From the NCBI GenBank assembly GCA_034440375.1, contig JAWXBZ010000235.1, positions 1 through 64,000 of the forward strand: a stretch of DNA of 64,000 nucleotides, written 5' to 3'. The stretch comes from Candidatus Eiseniibacteriota bacterium (GTDB taxonomy: Bacteria; Eisenbacteria; RBG-16-71-46; JABDJR01; JAWXBZ01). Shown here piece by piece: positions 10,592-21,608 of this stretch (position 1 is its first letter; the number at the start of each line of letters is the position of its first letter). A program made the translations under genes and the position numbers. The notes below the pieces were generated by a model. That model ran no database searches. It had not been told where the DNA came from and saw only the letters and a program-made list of their open reading frames with translations.

Positions 10592-13500
10592 GTGCCCAAA
10601 TCCGAAGATATCAAATCCATCCTCATCATCGGTTCGGGTCCGATCATCATCGGCCAGGCGTGCGAGTTCGATTATTCGGGCACGCAGGCCTGCCAGGTCC
10701 TGAAAGAGGAGGGTTACCGGGTTATTCTCGTCAACTCGAATCCGGCCACGATCATGACGGACCCCGAGATTGCCGACGCCACGTACATCGAGCCGATCAC
10801 GCCCGAGGTGGTCGAGCGGATCATCGAGAAGGAGCGTCCCGATGCCCTGTTGCCAACCCTGGGGGGGCAGACCGCGCTGAATACCGCGGTGGCGCTGGCC
10901 GAGCGGGGGACGCTTGATCGCTTCAACGTCCGCCTGATCGGCGCCAACCTGGCTGCCATCAGGAGAGCCGAGGATCGCGAGGAGTTTCGGCACACCATGC
11001 TGTCGATCGGCATGGATCTTCCGCTGAGCCGCCAGGTCCGGAGTGTGGCCGAGGCCGAAGCCTTCGCACTGGAGGCGGGGCTCCCCCTGGTCGTGCGTCC
11101 GTCGTTCACGATGGGTGGCCAGGGTGGCGGCATGGCTCGCACGATGGACGATCTGAAATCAATCGTGGCCGGGGGCGTGGCCGCGAGCCCTGTCGGCACC
11201 GTCCTCCTGGAGGAGTCGGTTGAAGGGTGGAAGGAGTTCGAGCTCGAGGTGATGCGCGATTGCAAGGACAACGTCGTCATCATCTGCTCGATCGAGAATT
11301 TCGATCCGATGGGCGTCCACACGGGGGACTCGCTCACCGTCGCCCCGGTCCAGACGCTCACGGACCGCGAGTACCAGAAAATGCGCGACGACGCCCAGAC
11401 GATCATCCGGGCCATCGGCGTGGAAACCGGTGGTTCGAACATCCAGTTTGCCGTGGATCCCCGGGACGGTCGCCAGGTGGTCATCGAGATGAATCCGCGC
11501 GTCAGCCGCAGTTCGGCCCTGGCCAGCAAGGCCACCGGTTATCCCATCGCCAAGATCGCGGCGCGGCTGGCGGTCGGCTACACCCTGGACGAGATCACCA
11601 ACGACATCACCCGGAACACGAAGGCCGCCTTCGAACCGACCATCGATTACTGCGTGGTCAAGATCCCGCGCTGGGCCTTCGAAAAGTTTCCGCGCACCGA
11701 CCCGACGCTTGGCACGCGCATGAAGAGCGTGGGGGAGGTCATGGCCATCGGCCGGACATTCAACGAGGCGTTTCTGAAGGGGATGAACAGTCTCGAGATT
11801 GCCGACCAGGCCGAATTGCGCGTGGGCCTCGGGCTCCCGACCGACCGGGCGGAACTGCTCGATCTGGTCAAGCGTCCAACATGGCGCCGCCCGTTCGAGC
11901 TGTTCCAGGCGCTCCGACTCGGAGCCACCCCGACGGACTTGAATGCGATCACCGGAATCGACCGCTGGTTCCTGGACCGGATGTCGGAGATCGTCGTCAT
12001 GGAGCGAGCCATGAGCAACGACCTGGCCGAAGCCGCCCGGAAGGAAGATCTGGACAGTTGCCGCCGGCTCATCCTGGCTGCCAAGCAGATGGGAATGAGC
12101 GACTGGGAGATTGCCCACTTCACCGGCGGTTTCGAGAATGACGTGCGCGCGTTCCGCCAGCGGCTCGGCATCATCCCGACAATGAAGTCGGTCGATACCT
12201 GTGCCGCCGAGTTTCCAGCCTACACACCCTACTACTACTCGACCTACGAAACCGAGGACGAGGGGGAGCCGCTGGGCCGGGAGGCCGTGGTCATCCTGGG
12301 ATCGGGCCCAAACCGGATCGGCCAGGGGATTGAATTCGACTACTGCTGTGTCCAGGCCTGCCGGGCCCTGCGAGCCGAGGGGATCCGGGTCATCATGGTC
12401 AATTCCAATCCGGAGACCGTGTCGACCGACTACGATACCTCCGATCGACTCTACTTCGAGCCGTTGTTGATCGAGCATGTGCTCAACGTGATCGACAAGG
12501 AAACGCCTCGCGGGGTGATCCTCCAGCTTGGCGGCCAGACGCCGCTCAAGCTGGCGCATGCCCTGGACCAGGCCGGTATCCGGGTCCTGGGCACCCAGCC
12601 CGATGACATCGACCGGGCCGAGAACCGGGATCGCTTCCGGACGCTCATCGAAACGCTGGGGCTGACCCAGCCGACCAGCCTGATCGCCCGGACTCGCCGC
12701 GAGGCGACCCGGGCCGCCGAACGAATCGGATTCCCGATCCTGGTCCGCCCCTCCTGGGTCCTGGGGGGCCGGGGAATGAAGATTCTCCATGACATGAAGT
12801 CGCTGGAACAGCTTCTGGAAGCCGGGGTTAAGCTCTCTCCCGAATCGCCGCTCCTGATCGACGAGTTTCTCGAGAACGCCGTCGAGCTGGACGTGGACGC
12901 GGTTGCCGACGGCACCGATGTCCTGATCGGGGCGGTCATGGAACACATCGAAGAGGCCGGCATTCATTCGGGCGATTCTTCCTGCGTCATCCCTCCCTGG
13001 TCGATCGGCGAGGAGACGACGAAACGCCTGGCCGAAATCACGAGGGCCGTCGCCCTCTCGCTCAACGTGATAGGGCTCATCAACGTGCAGTTCGCTGTTC
13101 ACAACGACATCATCTACATCATCGAGGTCAATCCGCGCGGCTCGCGTACGATTCCATTTGCCAGCAAGGCAGTTGGCCGGCCGCTGGCCCGTATCGCCAC
13201 GCGCGTCATGGTTGGCAAGAAACTGGCCGCCATGGGGCTGACCGAGTTGCCCAAGCCGACGCATGTCAGCGTCAAGAAAGCCGTGCTGCCGTTCGAGCGA
13301 TTTCCCGGCGAGGACACGCTGCTCGGTCCCGAGATGAAATCGACCGGCGAGGTCATGGGGATCGGCGAAGATTTCGGGCAGGCCTACGCCAAGGCTCAGC
13401 TCGGCTCGGGCGAGGGGCTGCCGACGGGGGGCACGGTGTTCCTGTCGATACGCGACGCCGACAAGCGCGCGATCGTCTTTCTGTCGAAGAAGCTGCTCGA

Positions 13501-13834
13501 ACTCGGTTTTCAGATCGTGGCCACCGGCGGCACGGCCCGCTTCCTGAAAATGAACGGACTCATCGTGGAGAGCGTCCGAAAGATCGTCGAGCCCCCACCG
13601 AACGTGATGGACCTGCTGGTGGCTGGTCGAATTCAGATGGTGATCAACACGCCCGAGGGAGGGCCCAGCCAGCACGACGACCAGGCCATCCGGATGGCCG
13701 CCGTGGCCCGCGGCATCCCCGTCGTCACCACCATTCCCGGGGCGATGGCCGCCGTCAGCGGCATCGAGGCGCTCAAAGTTTCCGGCCTGACGGTGGCTCC
13801 GCTGCAGGCGCTGGCCCCCGTTCGGGAGCCCTGA
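10592..13834 (+). CDS. carB: carbamoyl-phosphate synthase large subunit
   Basis: Motifs [27 protein letters not shown] and [17 protein letters not shown]-terminal MGS domain; 1080 aa. Confidence 0.98.
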   Translation: MPKSEDIKSILIIGSGPIIIGQACEFDYSGTQACQVLKEEGYRVILVNSNPATIMTDPEIADATYIEPITPEVVERIIEKERPDALLPTLGGQTALNTAVALAERGTLDRFNVRLIGANLAAIRRAEDREEFRHTMLSIGMDLPLSRQVRSVAEAEAFALEAGLPLVVRPSFTMGGQGGGMARTMDDLKSIVAGGVAASPVGTVLLEESVEGWKEFELEVMRDCKDNVVIICSIENFDPMGVHTGDSLTVAPVQTLTDREYQKMRDDAQTIIRAIGVETGGSNIQFAVDPRDGRQVVIEMNPRVSRSSALASKATGYPIAKIAARLAVGYTLDEITNDITRNTKAAFEPTIDYCVVKIPRWAFEKFPRTDPTLGTRMKSVGEVMAIGRTFNEAFLKGMNSLEIADQAELRVGLGLPTDRAELLDLVKRPTWRRPFELFQALRLGATPTDLNAITGIDRWFLDRMSEIVVMERAMSNDLAEAARKEDLDSCRRLILAAKQMGMSDWEIAHFTGGFENDVRAFRQRLGIIPTMKSVDTCAAEFPAYTPYYYSTYETEDEGEPLGREAVVILGSGPNRIGQGIEFDYCCVQACRALRAEGIRVIMVNSNPETVSTDYDTSDRLYFEPLLIEHVLNVIDKETPRGVILQLGGQTPLKLAHALDQAGIRVLGTQPDDIDRAENRDRFRTLIETLGLTQPTSLIARTRREATRAAERIGFPILVRPSWVLGGRGMKILHDMKSLEQLLEAGVKLSPESPLLIDEFLENAVELDVDAVADGTDVLIGAVMEHIEEAGIHSGDSSCVIPPWSIGEETTKRLAEITRAVALSLNVIGLINVQFAVHNDIIYIIEVNPRGSRTIPFASKAVGRPLARIATRVMVGKKLAAMGLTELPKPTHVSVKKAVLPFERFPGEDTLLGPEMKSTGEVMGIGEDFGQAYAKAQLGSGEGLPTGGTVFLSIRDADKRAIVFLSKKLLELGFQIVATGGTARFLKMNGLIVESVRKIVEPPPNVMDLLVAGRIQMVINTPEGGPSQHDDQAIRMAAVARGIPVVTTIPGAMAAVSGIEALKVSGLTVAPLQALAPVREP

Positions 13835-13838
13835 CGCC

Positions 13839-16196
13839 ATGCTCGCGCCACGGATCGGCCAATTCGGCACCCGTGCCCTTTTCCGATCGATGGCGGCTCT
13901 CTTCCTCCTCGCGGCCACGCTGCCGACGGGTTGCGCCTACTACAACACGTTCTATCTCGCCCGAAAACACTACAAGCAGGCGATCGTGGAGGAAGAGCGG
14001 AATACCACCGGGCGAATCGCACCGGCGGCCAGCGCTTCCTACAACAAGGCGATCGAGCAGTGCAGCAAGGTTCTTCAGCGCTACGGGCATTCCAAGTGGG
14101 CCGATGATGCCATGTTGCTCATGGGAAAGAGTTACCACGGGCAGGGGAGCTACGGCGAGTCGCGCAAGTGGTTGAACCAGATGATCACCTCACAACCGGC
14201 CAGCCCCCTGGTCCCGGAGGCCCAGGTATGGGTCGGGCGCACCTACCTGGGAGAGGAGGACTTTGAGGCCGCGGCGCAGATCCTGCGCGAGACACTGGCG
14301 AAGTACCCGGAGTTCGAGGGGCGGGGTGATGCCCTCTTCTTTGTCGCCGAGACCAATCTCGCCCAGGAACAGTGGGAGGAGGCCATTGCCGGCTACCGGG
14401 AGCTGATTCAGCGGTATCCGAAGAACGAACGAATCCCCGAGGGGCTGATCAAGGTAGGCGATGCGCAGTTCGGGCTTCGCCGCTATGACGAAGCCGAAAA
14501 GTCGTATGAACTCGCGGCCTCTCGCGCTCGTGATCCGCGCCAGCGGATGCAGAGCCTGCTCAAGGTCGGCCTGGCCCTCGAGAAGCAGGATCGATTCGAC
14601 GAGGCCATGAAGTTGTACGACGAGCTGTCGGCCGAGCTCGTCCCGCGCGACAAGCTCAACACGATTCTCTCGGGCTTCGACGCCGTCGTACCGGTGACGG
14701 TCCGGACGTCGATTCCGGGGCAATCCCCGGCAGCCGATGAGAAACGGCTGCTCGAGGAACTCGCATTCACCGATGAGAATGGCGTCGTCGGCACCCGCAA
14801 TTCGCTCTACGCCAACCAGAACCCGGGCGGGACCAACCCCGGCGACGCCACCGACGACCTGAACAATCCGGCAGCGCCTCCCGATCCCCGACGCACCGGC
14901 GAGGGGAACGCCACGGCCCGATCGGTGGCCTCGCTTGCCACGGCCGCCAATCCCCTGGCGGCGGACCTGCCGCTGGTGCTGCTGCGACACGGAAATGCGT
15001 TGCTGGAGATGGGGGAATACGATCGGGCCATCAAGACGTTCGAGTCCGTGCTCGCCGCCTACCCCCGCACCTCGGAGTCGGCCGAGGCGCAATATCGGAT
15101 CGGCTACGTTCAGGAAGTGTTTATCGAGGATTACGCGGAGGCGCGCCTGTCCTACGATGCGGTCCGCCTCCACGGGCAGAGCCTCTTCTCCGAGCAGGCC
15201 ACCCGGCGGTCGGGCGGGTTGGCGCGGCTCGTCGCCCTGGCCGCCGCGGACACCTCGAAAGCCACCGTCGGTAATGTCACCCTGGAGCAGGAGGCCGAAA
15301 AGCAGTTCCTCGCGGCCGAGCTTTCCTGGTTTCAGCAGGAGAAGGCCGAGAAGGCAATCGAACAGTACGCCCTGGTCGAGACGAACTTTCCGGGCACCTC
15401 GTTCGCCCCCAAGGCTGCCCTCGCGCGGGCCTGGCTTTTGGCCAATGCGCTGGAAGACACCGTGGCGGCACGAACGGCCTTTGAGGGTGTTCTCGCGACA
15501 TACAGCGGCACGGAACAGGCACGTATTGCCCATCAGATTCTCTTTGGCGAGGTTCTCGCCGCGACCGCCCGTCCCGATTCCCTGACCATTGCCGCCTTCG
15601 AGGATTCCATCAGGCAGGTCGAGGCGCTGGCCGACAGTCAGGCCGCGCTCGCCGCGCGCGAACTGGCGGAAGAGCGAGCCCCGGAGAATTCCGAGGTGTT
15701 GCCGGATTCGTTGTCCGATTCGTTGCCGGAGGCCCTGCCCGGTGCGCCGGCCGTGGCGGTGACCGGGGAGGCGTCGCCACCGGCCACCTGGGCCCGCGGC
15801 CTGCCAGCTCTCTCGCCTGCTGATTCACTCAGCCGGTACAACGCAAGGGAGTCGGCTCGCTTGCACGCGGAAAGCGAGGCGCAGGCGATGGCCATGGCCG
15901 TTAAGGCTCGCGAGGATTCCATTGCGGCGGCGACGGCGGCCATTCGCGATTCAACAATGGTGGCCCTTTCGACGGAGCCGGCGGTTTCCGATAGGCCCCC
16001 GAGTCGGCTGGCGGCAGAGAGCGCCACCGGCCTGCCGCGTCCCTTCACCATGAAGAAACCGGTGCGTGGCCAGGAGGCCCGCACGCCGCGGATGCGGCCG
16101 GCTCCACAACCGGCGCCGGTGCCGGCCCCGGCCGATACGACACAACCTCGTGGCAACGGCAATCGCGGACGTCTGCTGGAGGGACCTTGGCGCTGA
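13839..16196 (+). CDS. TPR-repeat lipoprotein (BamD/CpoB-like TPRs) with low-complexity insert and tail
   Basis: Lipobox-like PTGC followed by AYYNTFY, many TPR motifs (YGHSKWADDAM, YPRTSESAEAQYRIG) and a Pro/Ala-rich C terminus. Confidence 0.8.
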   Translation: MLAPRIGQFGTRALFRSMAALFLLAATLPTGCAYYNTFYLARKHYKQAIVEEERNTTGRIAPAASASYNKAIEQCSKVLQRYGHSKWADDAMLLMGKSYHGQGSYGESRKWLNQMITSQPASPLVPEAQVWVGRTYLGEEDFEAAAQILRETLAKYPEFEGRGDALFFVAETNLAQEQWEEAIAGYRELIQRYPKNERIPEGLIKVGDAQFGLRRYDEAEKSYELAASRARDPRQRMQSLLKVGLALEKQDRFDEAMKLYDELSAELVPRDKLNTILSGFDAVVPVTVRTSIPGQSPAADEKRLLEELAFTDENGVVGTRNSLYANQNPGGTNPGDATDDLNNPAAPPDPRRTGEGNATARSVASLATAANPLAADLPLVLLRHGNALLEMGEYDRAIKTFESVLAAYPRTSESAEAQYRIGYVQEVFIEDYAEARLSYDAVRLHGQSLFSEQATRRSGGLARLVALAAADTSKATVGNVTLEQEAEKQFLAAELSWFQQEKAEKAIEQYALVETNFPGTSFAPKAALARAWLLANALEDTVAARTAFEGVLATYSGTEQARIAHQILFGEVLAATARPDSLTIAAFEDSIRQVEALADSQAALAARELAEERAPENSEVLPDSLSDSLPEALPGAPAVAVTGEASPPATWARGLPALSPADSLSRYNARESARLHAESEAQAMAMAVKAREDSIAAATAAIRDSTMVALSTEPAVSDRPPSRLAAESATGLPRPFTMKKPVRGQEARTPRMRPAPQPAPVPAPADTTQPRGNGNRGRLLEGPWR

Positions 16197-16993
16197 GCTC
16201 CCGGGCCATTGCCTGTCGGGCGACGGTCGTCGAGCAGATTGAAACGCAGCCCGGGTTTTTTCGGCTTGTCTGTCGCGTCCCGGCCGCATTCGCGGATCCG
16301 TTGCCCGGTCAATTCGTGCAACTTCGGCTCAACGATCGAAGTGACCCCCTTTTGCCCCGCCCGTACGGCATCGTCGATTTTCGCCGTCAATCCGATCATG
16401 CGATCTTCGAACTCTACTATGGAGTTGTCGGCGCCGGCACGAAGATCCTGGCCCGCTATCGCCCGCCTGATTCCATCGCCTGCATTGGCCCTCTCGGGCG
16501 CGGCTACACGTTCGACCCGGGCCGCGAGGCGATCCTGGTGGCGGGCGGGCGCGGGGTAGCGCCGCTGCTCATGCTCTATGCCGCCGAGCGGCCGAAGGGG
16601 CGGGCCATCCCGTTCGTGTATGGCTTTCGGACGGCCGCCCTGGCCTTTGGCCTTGATCGGATCGAGGAGTCCGATCGACGGATCGCCACCGACGACGGTT
16701 CGATGGGAGTGCACGGCAATGCGCTCCAGGTACTGGCCGGTTTGCCCGAGCGTCTGCTGTCGTCCGCGACGTTGTACGCCTGCGGCCCCGAGATCCTGCT
16801 CGAGAAGACGGCCCGCTTTGCGCTGGAGCGCGGCATCCCTTGCCAGGTATCGCTCGAGGCGCCGTTCGCCTGCGGCGTCGGCATCTGCCGCGGCTGCGCC
16901 GTACCGGCGGCCGCCCATGACGGATACCTCATGTGCTGCAGCGATGGCCCGGTTTTTTCGGCCGACGAGATTCGCTGGGACGCCATGCCATGA
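16187..16993 (+). CDS. pyrK: dihydroorotate dehydrogenase electron transfer subunit
   Basis: Motifs PGQFV, RPYG, GPLGRG, AGGRG, YACGP and CGVGICRGC...C ([2Fe-2S]). Confidence 0.92.
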   Translation: MALSSRAIACRATVVEQIETQPGFFRLVCRVPAAFADPLPGQFVQLRLNDRSDPLLPRPYGIVDFRRQSDHAIFELYYGVVGAGTKILARYRPPDSIACIGPLGRGYTFDPGREAILVAGGRGVAPLLMLYAAERPKGRAIPFVYGFRTAALAFGLDRIEESDRRIATDDGSMGVHGNALQVLAGLPERLLSSATLYACGPEILLEKTARFALERGIPCQVSLEAPFACGVGICRGCAVPAAAHDGYLMCCSDGPVFSADEIRWDAMP

Positions 16994-17928
16994 GTTCGCC
17001 CGATCTCTCGGTCCTGATCGGTGGTGTTCGGTTCAAGAATCCCGTGCTGGCCGCCTCCGGCTGTTTCGGCTACGGCTCCGAGATGGAACCCCTGATACCC
17101 GCCTCGCTCTTCGGGGGAGTGGTCACGAAGACAATCCTGGAATCGCGTCGCCCGGGAAACGGTGCGCCCCGAATCATCGAAACGCCGTCCGGGCTCATCA
17201 ATTCGATCGGGCTGGAGGGGGTCGGCATTGATCGCTATCTCGATGAAATGGTGCCGAAGCTGACCGGTGTCGACACCCGGCTGGTCGTGTCGGTGGGAGG
17301 GCATGACATCGAGGAATTTGCCCGTCTGGCGGCGCGGCTCGACCGCGTCGATCGGGTTGACGCGCTCGAACTGAACATTTCCTGTCCCAACGTGGATGGC
17401 GGCACCGACTTTTCCACCGATCCCGATCTGGCCGCGGCCACGGTCAGGGCCGTCCGGCGGGTCACCGGGAAGCCGATCTGGGCCAAGCTGACGCCGAACG
17501 TCAGCCGCATCTCGGTCATCGGCCAGGCCTGCGAGAAAGCCGGCGCTGACGCGCTGTCGGCCGTCAACACGTTCACCGGCATGTCGATCGACATCCACAC
17601 CGGCCGGATGATCCTGCCGCGCGGCGCCGGAGGCACCTCGGGCCCCGCCATTCGACCGCTGGCGCTGGCCAAGGTCTGGGAACTGGTCCGAAACGTCGGA
17701 ATTCCGGTGGTCGGAATCGGCGGCATCGCGACCGGGCACGATGTCATCGAGTTTCTCATCACCGGTGCCAGCGCCGTCCAGCTCGGAACCGTGCTGTACA
17801 TCGACCCCAACTCGCCACGGACCGCCCTGGCCGGTTTGACGGAACACCTGGCATCCCGCGGCATGAGCACGGTGCGCGACCTCATCGGCACACTGAAGGG
17901 GCGGCAGGAGCGCCGTCCCCACTCATGA
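16990..17928 (+). CDS. pyrD: dihydroorotate dehydrogenase family 1B catalytic subunit
   Basis: Motifs KNPVLAASG, LELNISCPNV, KLTPNV, GGTSGPAIRP and GIGGI. Confidence 0.95.
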   Translation: MSSPDLSVLIGGVRFKNPVLAASGCFGYGSEMEPLIPASLFGGVVTKTILESRRPGNGAPRIIETPSGLINSIGLEGVGIDRYLDEMVPKLTGVDTRLVVSVGGHDIEEFARLAARLDRVDRVDALELNISCPNVDGGTDFSTDPDLAAATVRAVRRVTGKPIWAKLTPNVSRISVIGQACEKAGADALSAVNTFTGMSIDIHTGRMILPRGAGGTSGPAIRPLALAKVWELVRNVGIPVVGIGGIATGHDVIEFLITGASAVQLGTVLYIDPNSPRTALAGLTEHLASRGMSTVRDLIGTLKGRQERRPHS

Positions 17929-18167
17929 CGACCGCCAGCGCCGTCGACCGCTTCAAAAAATCCCTTGAGGCCATCGATGACCGCGTCTTCCTTGATTGGG
18001 TCGAGGGACAGGCCCCGCTCGATCCGGCGCTGCAGGGTGAAATCACCGCCTTTGTCCAGAGCGAGCGAAGCCGGCTCATCAAACTGAAGTCGCTGGGATT
18101 GACCCACAAGACGGATGAACGACTGGCCCTCATCGACCGGCTACTTCGCACACTCGAAGGGGCATAG
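17925..18167 (+). CDS. small helical hypothetical protein (80 aa)
   Basis: ATGA overlap with pyrD, host-like codon use, and it fills the gap before pyrF. Confidence 0.7.
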   Translation: MTTASAVDRFKKSLEAIDDRVFLDWVEGQAPLDPALQGEITAFVQSERSRLIKLKSLGLTHKTDERLALIDRLLRTLEGA

Positions 18168-18200
18168 CGGGATCCGGCTTCGCTCTGCCATGATGTGGGC

Positions 18201-18983
18201 ATGACGCCCGACGCCCCCGCCCCGTCGACACGCCCCGCCCTGGACTACCTCGTCGTGGCGCTGGACATGCCGTCCTCCGACGACGCCATCGAAATGGCGA
18301 CACGGCTCGAGGGCACGGTGCGATGGCTCAAGGTGGGCCTGGAGCTCTACGTGTCAGCCGGCCCATCCATCGTGCTTGCCCTGCGCCGGCTTGGCTTCGA
18401 GATTTTCCTTGATCTGAAGTTTCATGACATTCCCAACACGGTGGCCGGCGCCTCGGCCGCGGCGGCCCGTACAGGGGCCGGAATCATCAACGTGCACGCC
18501 GGCGGCGGGATCGACATGATGAAGGCCGCTCTCGAGGGTGCTGCCCGGGGCGCGAAGGAAGGGGGGACCACGCCGCCAAAAATCCTGGCCGTCACGGTCC
18601 TTACCAGCCTGACCGGCCTTGAGTTGCCCGACTACTATCAGCCGCGTCCGATGGGGGAGCGGGTCGTTTACCTGGCTGAATCGACCCGCGAGGCCGGACT
18701 GGATGGCGTCGTTTGCTCCCCAAAGGAAATCGAGATTCTGCGCGCGGTCGTTGGGCCCGCATTTCTTCTGCTGACGCCGGGTCTCCGGTTTGCCGACGGT
18801 GGCCGGGACGACCAGAAGCGTGTGGCCACGCCACAGGCCGCGGCCCGCTCCGGTTCGGACTACCTCGTCATGGGGCGGCCGATTACCGGCGCCACCGACC
18901 CGACCGCGGCCGCCGCCCGCGCTCTCCTGGAGATCCAGGGCGGGCTCGCCGCGCGGGCCACGGCCGGAAAGAATCCATACTAA
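18201..18983 (+). CDS. pyrF: orotidine-5'-phosphate decarboxylase
   Basis: Motifs VALD, KVGLEL, FLDLKFHDIPNTV, VTVLTS, TPGLR, DDQKR and MGRPIT. Confidence 0.96.
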   Translation: MTPDAPAPSTRPALDYLVVALDMPSSDDAIEMATRLEGTVRWLKVGLELYVSAGPSIVLALRRLGFEIFLDLKFHDIPNTVAGASAAAARTGAGIINVHAGGGIDMMKAALEGAARGAKEGGTTPPKILAVTVLTSLTGLELPDYYQPRPMGERVVYLAESTREAGLDGVVCSPKEIEILRAVVGPAFLLLTPGLRFADGGRDDQKRVATPQAAARSGSDYLVMGRPITGATDPTAAAARALLEIQGGLAARATAGKNPY

Positions 18984-19012
18984 CCCGGTAGACTTGCTTG
19001 ATATGCTTTGGT

Positions 19013-20104
19013 ATGCATCCGCGGACCCGCGCCCATGAATGGACGCCGATCAGCCTCGAGCCCCTGAACGGTGGTCCCGACCCCGCCATGCTTGGCGACT
19101 CGTTCCTGACCCCGACGGCGCGCTTCTTCGTCCGAAACCACGGTACCGTCCCACTTGTCGAGCTCGATTGCTGGCGACTCGAAGTGGTGGGGATGGTGCG
19201 CCAGCCGCTGCAGTTGTCCCTGCCGGAGATTTGGGCACGATTCCCGCGGGTCACGCGTCCCGCGCTGATCCAGTGCGCCGGATTTCGCCGGACCGAGCTG
19301 GCCCGGGTGAAGCCGATTCCGGGCGAGCTGCCGTGGAGCCTGGAGCCCGTGGCTACGGCGGAGTGGGGCGGTGTCCGACTCAAGGATGTGTTGCGTGCGG
19401 CCGGGCCTGGCCCAGGCGCGGCGCATGTCGCTTTCGAGGGTTGCGACGTGGTGGAGCGTGAGGGGCGCCGCTTCGGCTTCGGCGGTTCGATCACGCTGGC
19501 CGAAGCCGATGCGCACGATGTGATCCTGGCCACCGACATGAACGGGGAGGCGCTTTCAGCCGAGCACGGGTGGCCGCTCCGGGCCGTCGTGCCGAACGTC
19601 ATCGGCGCCCGCAGTGTGAAATGGTTGACGCGGATCGAGCTGCGCGAGTCGGCGTCCGACAATTATTTCCAGGAGCTCACCTACAAGCTGATCGACCGCG
19701 TGGGGGCCGCTCCTGACGTCTGGCGGGCCGCACCGGCCATCTCGGAACTGCCGGTCAATTCGATTCTCTGCCGGCCGCGGGCCGGTGAACGGCTTCGCGA
19801 GGGTCCTGTCACGCTGACCGGCTACGCCTGGGCCGGCGGCCCGGGTGGGATCCATGCCGTGGAGGTGTCGACGTCCGGGGGTGCGGGGTGGCAGCCCGCC
19901 CGCCTTTCTGACGTGGACTTGCCCGGTTGCTGGCGAGCCTGGACGGCGGATCTCAATCTCTCTCTCGGCCGACACGAGGTGGCGGTGCGGGCGGTCGGAC
20001 GGAATGGCCAGTCTCAGCCGGCCGATCCCGGAGCCCTCTGGAATGCCAGGGGATACCTGAACAATTCCTGGACTCGCGTGACGATCGAGGTTGACGCGGA
20101 GTGA
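19013..20104 (+). CDS. sulfite oxidase family molybdoenzyme (Moco plus dimerisation domain)
   Basis: Motifs FFVRNHG, IQCAGFRR (Mo-ligating Cys), MNGEAL-EHGWPLR-VVP, GARSVKWL, VEVS and WNARGYLNN. Confidence 0.9.
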   Translation: MHPRTRAHEWTPISLEPLNGGPDPAMLGDSFLTPTARFFVRNHGTVPLVELDCWRLEVVGMVRQPLQLSLPEIWARFPRVTRPALIQCAGFRRTELARVKPIPGELPWSLEPVATAEWGGVRLKDVLRAAGPGPGAAHVAFEGCDVVEREGRRFGFGGSITLAEADAHDVILATDMNGEALSAEHGWPLRAVVPNVIGARSVKWLTRIELRESASDNYFQELTYKLIDRVGAAPDVWRAAPAISELPVNSILCRPRAGERLREGPVTLTGYAWAGGPGGIHAVEVSTSGGAGWQPARLSDVDLPGCWRAWTADLNLSLGRHEVAVRAVGRNGQSQPADPGALWNARGYLNNSWTRVTIEVDAE

Positions 20105-20156
20105 TCAACCCACTCGATTGAGTCGGATGACCCGCTGACCCGGGCCGGGTTTTTCC

Positions 20157-20185
20157 TTGAGAGGTCTTTTCGGCTCGCGTATACT
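20157..20185 (+). promoter_or_regulatory. sigma70 promoter of the nucleotide-sugar operon
   Basis: TTGAGA-17 nt-TATACT. Confidence 0.65.
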
Positions 20186-20257
20186 CCCTTGCGTCTTTTT
20201 CACTTACGGGTTTTCACTTTTGAATGCCAGCCCCACCGGACCCCTTCGGGAGAGCTC

Positions 20258-21598
20258 ATGTACAAGATCTGCATGGTCGGCACCGGCTACGTCGGTCTGG
20301 TCTCCGGCGCCTGCTTCGCCGACTTCGGTAATACGGTCATTTGCGTCGACAAGGACGCCGGCAAGGTCGAGCGATTGAAGAATGGTGAGATCCCCTTCTA
20401 CGAGATCGGGCTCGACGAAATCGTGGCCCGAAACCTCAAGGAGGGACGCCTTTCCTTCACGACCGACCTGGCCTCGGCGGTCAAGAAGTGCGAGGTCATC
20501 TTTATCGCCGTGGGGACGCCGTACGGCAAGGGTGGGGAGGCCGACCTGTCTTATGTCTGGGCGGCTGCCAGGGAGATTGCCCAGAACATGAACGGCTACC
20601 GGCTGATCGTCCAGAAGAGCACGGTCCCGGTGGGGACGGGCGCGAAGATCAGGGATCTGGTCGCCAAAACGCTCAAGAAAAAGACAGCGTTCGATGTGGC
20701 CAGCAATCCCGAATTCCTGCGCGAGGGAAGCGCCATCAGCGACTTCATGCGCCCCGATCGCGTCGTCATCGGCACCTCGAGCCAGCGGGGCGAGGATATG
20801 CTGGCCGGCATCTACGCGCCGCTCTATCTCAATGAGACCCCGATGGTTCGCACCAACGTCGAGACGGCCGAGCTGATTAAGTACGCCGCCAACGCCTTCC
20901 TGGCCACCAAGATCTCCTTCATCAACGAGATGGCCAACCTGTGCGAAATCGTCGGAGCGGACGTCAAGGTCGTGGCCCGCGGCATGGGCCTCGACAACCG
21001 GATCGGCGGAAAATTCCTCCACGCCGGTGCCGGCTACGGCGGATCGTGCTTTCCAAAGGATACATCGGCATTGGCCACGTTCAGCAGGAAAGTCGGCTAC
21101 CCGCTCCGGATCGTCAAGGCCACCATCGACGTCAACGACGGGCAGCGCCAGCGCATTCTGGACAAGATTCGTCGCGCGGTCGGGCCCATGAAAGGGAAGA
21201 CGGTCGGCGTGCTCGGCCTGTCGTTCAAGCCCAACACGGATGATGTTCGCGATTCGGTGGCGCTGGATCTCATCAAGGCGTTGCTCCGGGCGGGCGCCCG
21301 GATCCGGGCGTTCGATCCGGTGGCCATGGACAACGCCCGGGCGGCGCTGCCTGCGAGTGTGGTCTTTGCCGAGGATGTATGGGAAACCCTCGACGGTGCC
21401 GACTGCCTGATCCTCGCCACCGAATGGAACGAATTTCGACGGCTCGACATGGCCAAGGCCAAACGGATGATGAAGCGCCCCGTGGTCATCGACTGCAAAA
21501 ACGTCTACGATCCGAAGGCCATGGCCGACATGGGCTTCGTGCACGTCGGCGTGGGTCGCGGCATCCCGCTCGACAAGCAGAAGCGAACCGACGGCTGA
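20258..21598 (+). CDS. ugd: UDP-glucose 6-dehydrogenase
   Basis: Motifs GTGYVGL, KSTVPVG, SNPEFLREG, GYGGSCFPKD and FKPNTDD. Confidence 0.93.
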   Translation: MYKICMVGTGYVGLVSGACFADFGNTVICVDKDAGKVERLKNGEIPFYEIGLDEIVARNLKEGRLSFTTDLASAVKKCEVIFIAVGTPYGKGGEADLSYVWAAAREIAQNMNGYRLIVQKSTVPVGTGAKIRDLVAKTLKKKTAFDVASNPEFLREGSAISDFMRPDRVVIGTSSQRGEDMLAGIYAPLYLNETPMVRTNVETAELIKYAANAFLATKISFINEMANLCEIVGADVKVVARGMGLDNRIGGKFLHAGAGYGGSCFPKDTSALATFSRKVGYPLRIVKATIDVNDGQRQRILDKIRRAVGPMKGKTVGVLGLSFKPNTDDVRDSVALDLIKALLRAGARIRAFDPVAMDNARAALPASVVFAEDVWETLDGADCLILATEWNEFRRLDMAKAKRMMKRPVVIDCKNVYDPKAMADMGFVHVGVGRGIPLDKQKRTDG

Positions 21599-21608
21599 GG
21601 ATTCAATC

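Noticed and set aside
11159-13918. Long antisense ORFs (919 aa opposite carB, and similar ones opposite ugd, uup and comM)
   Set aside because: These are shadow frames expected from high-GC codon bias, with no recognisable motifs.
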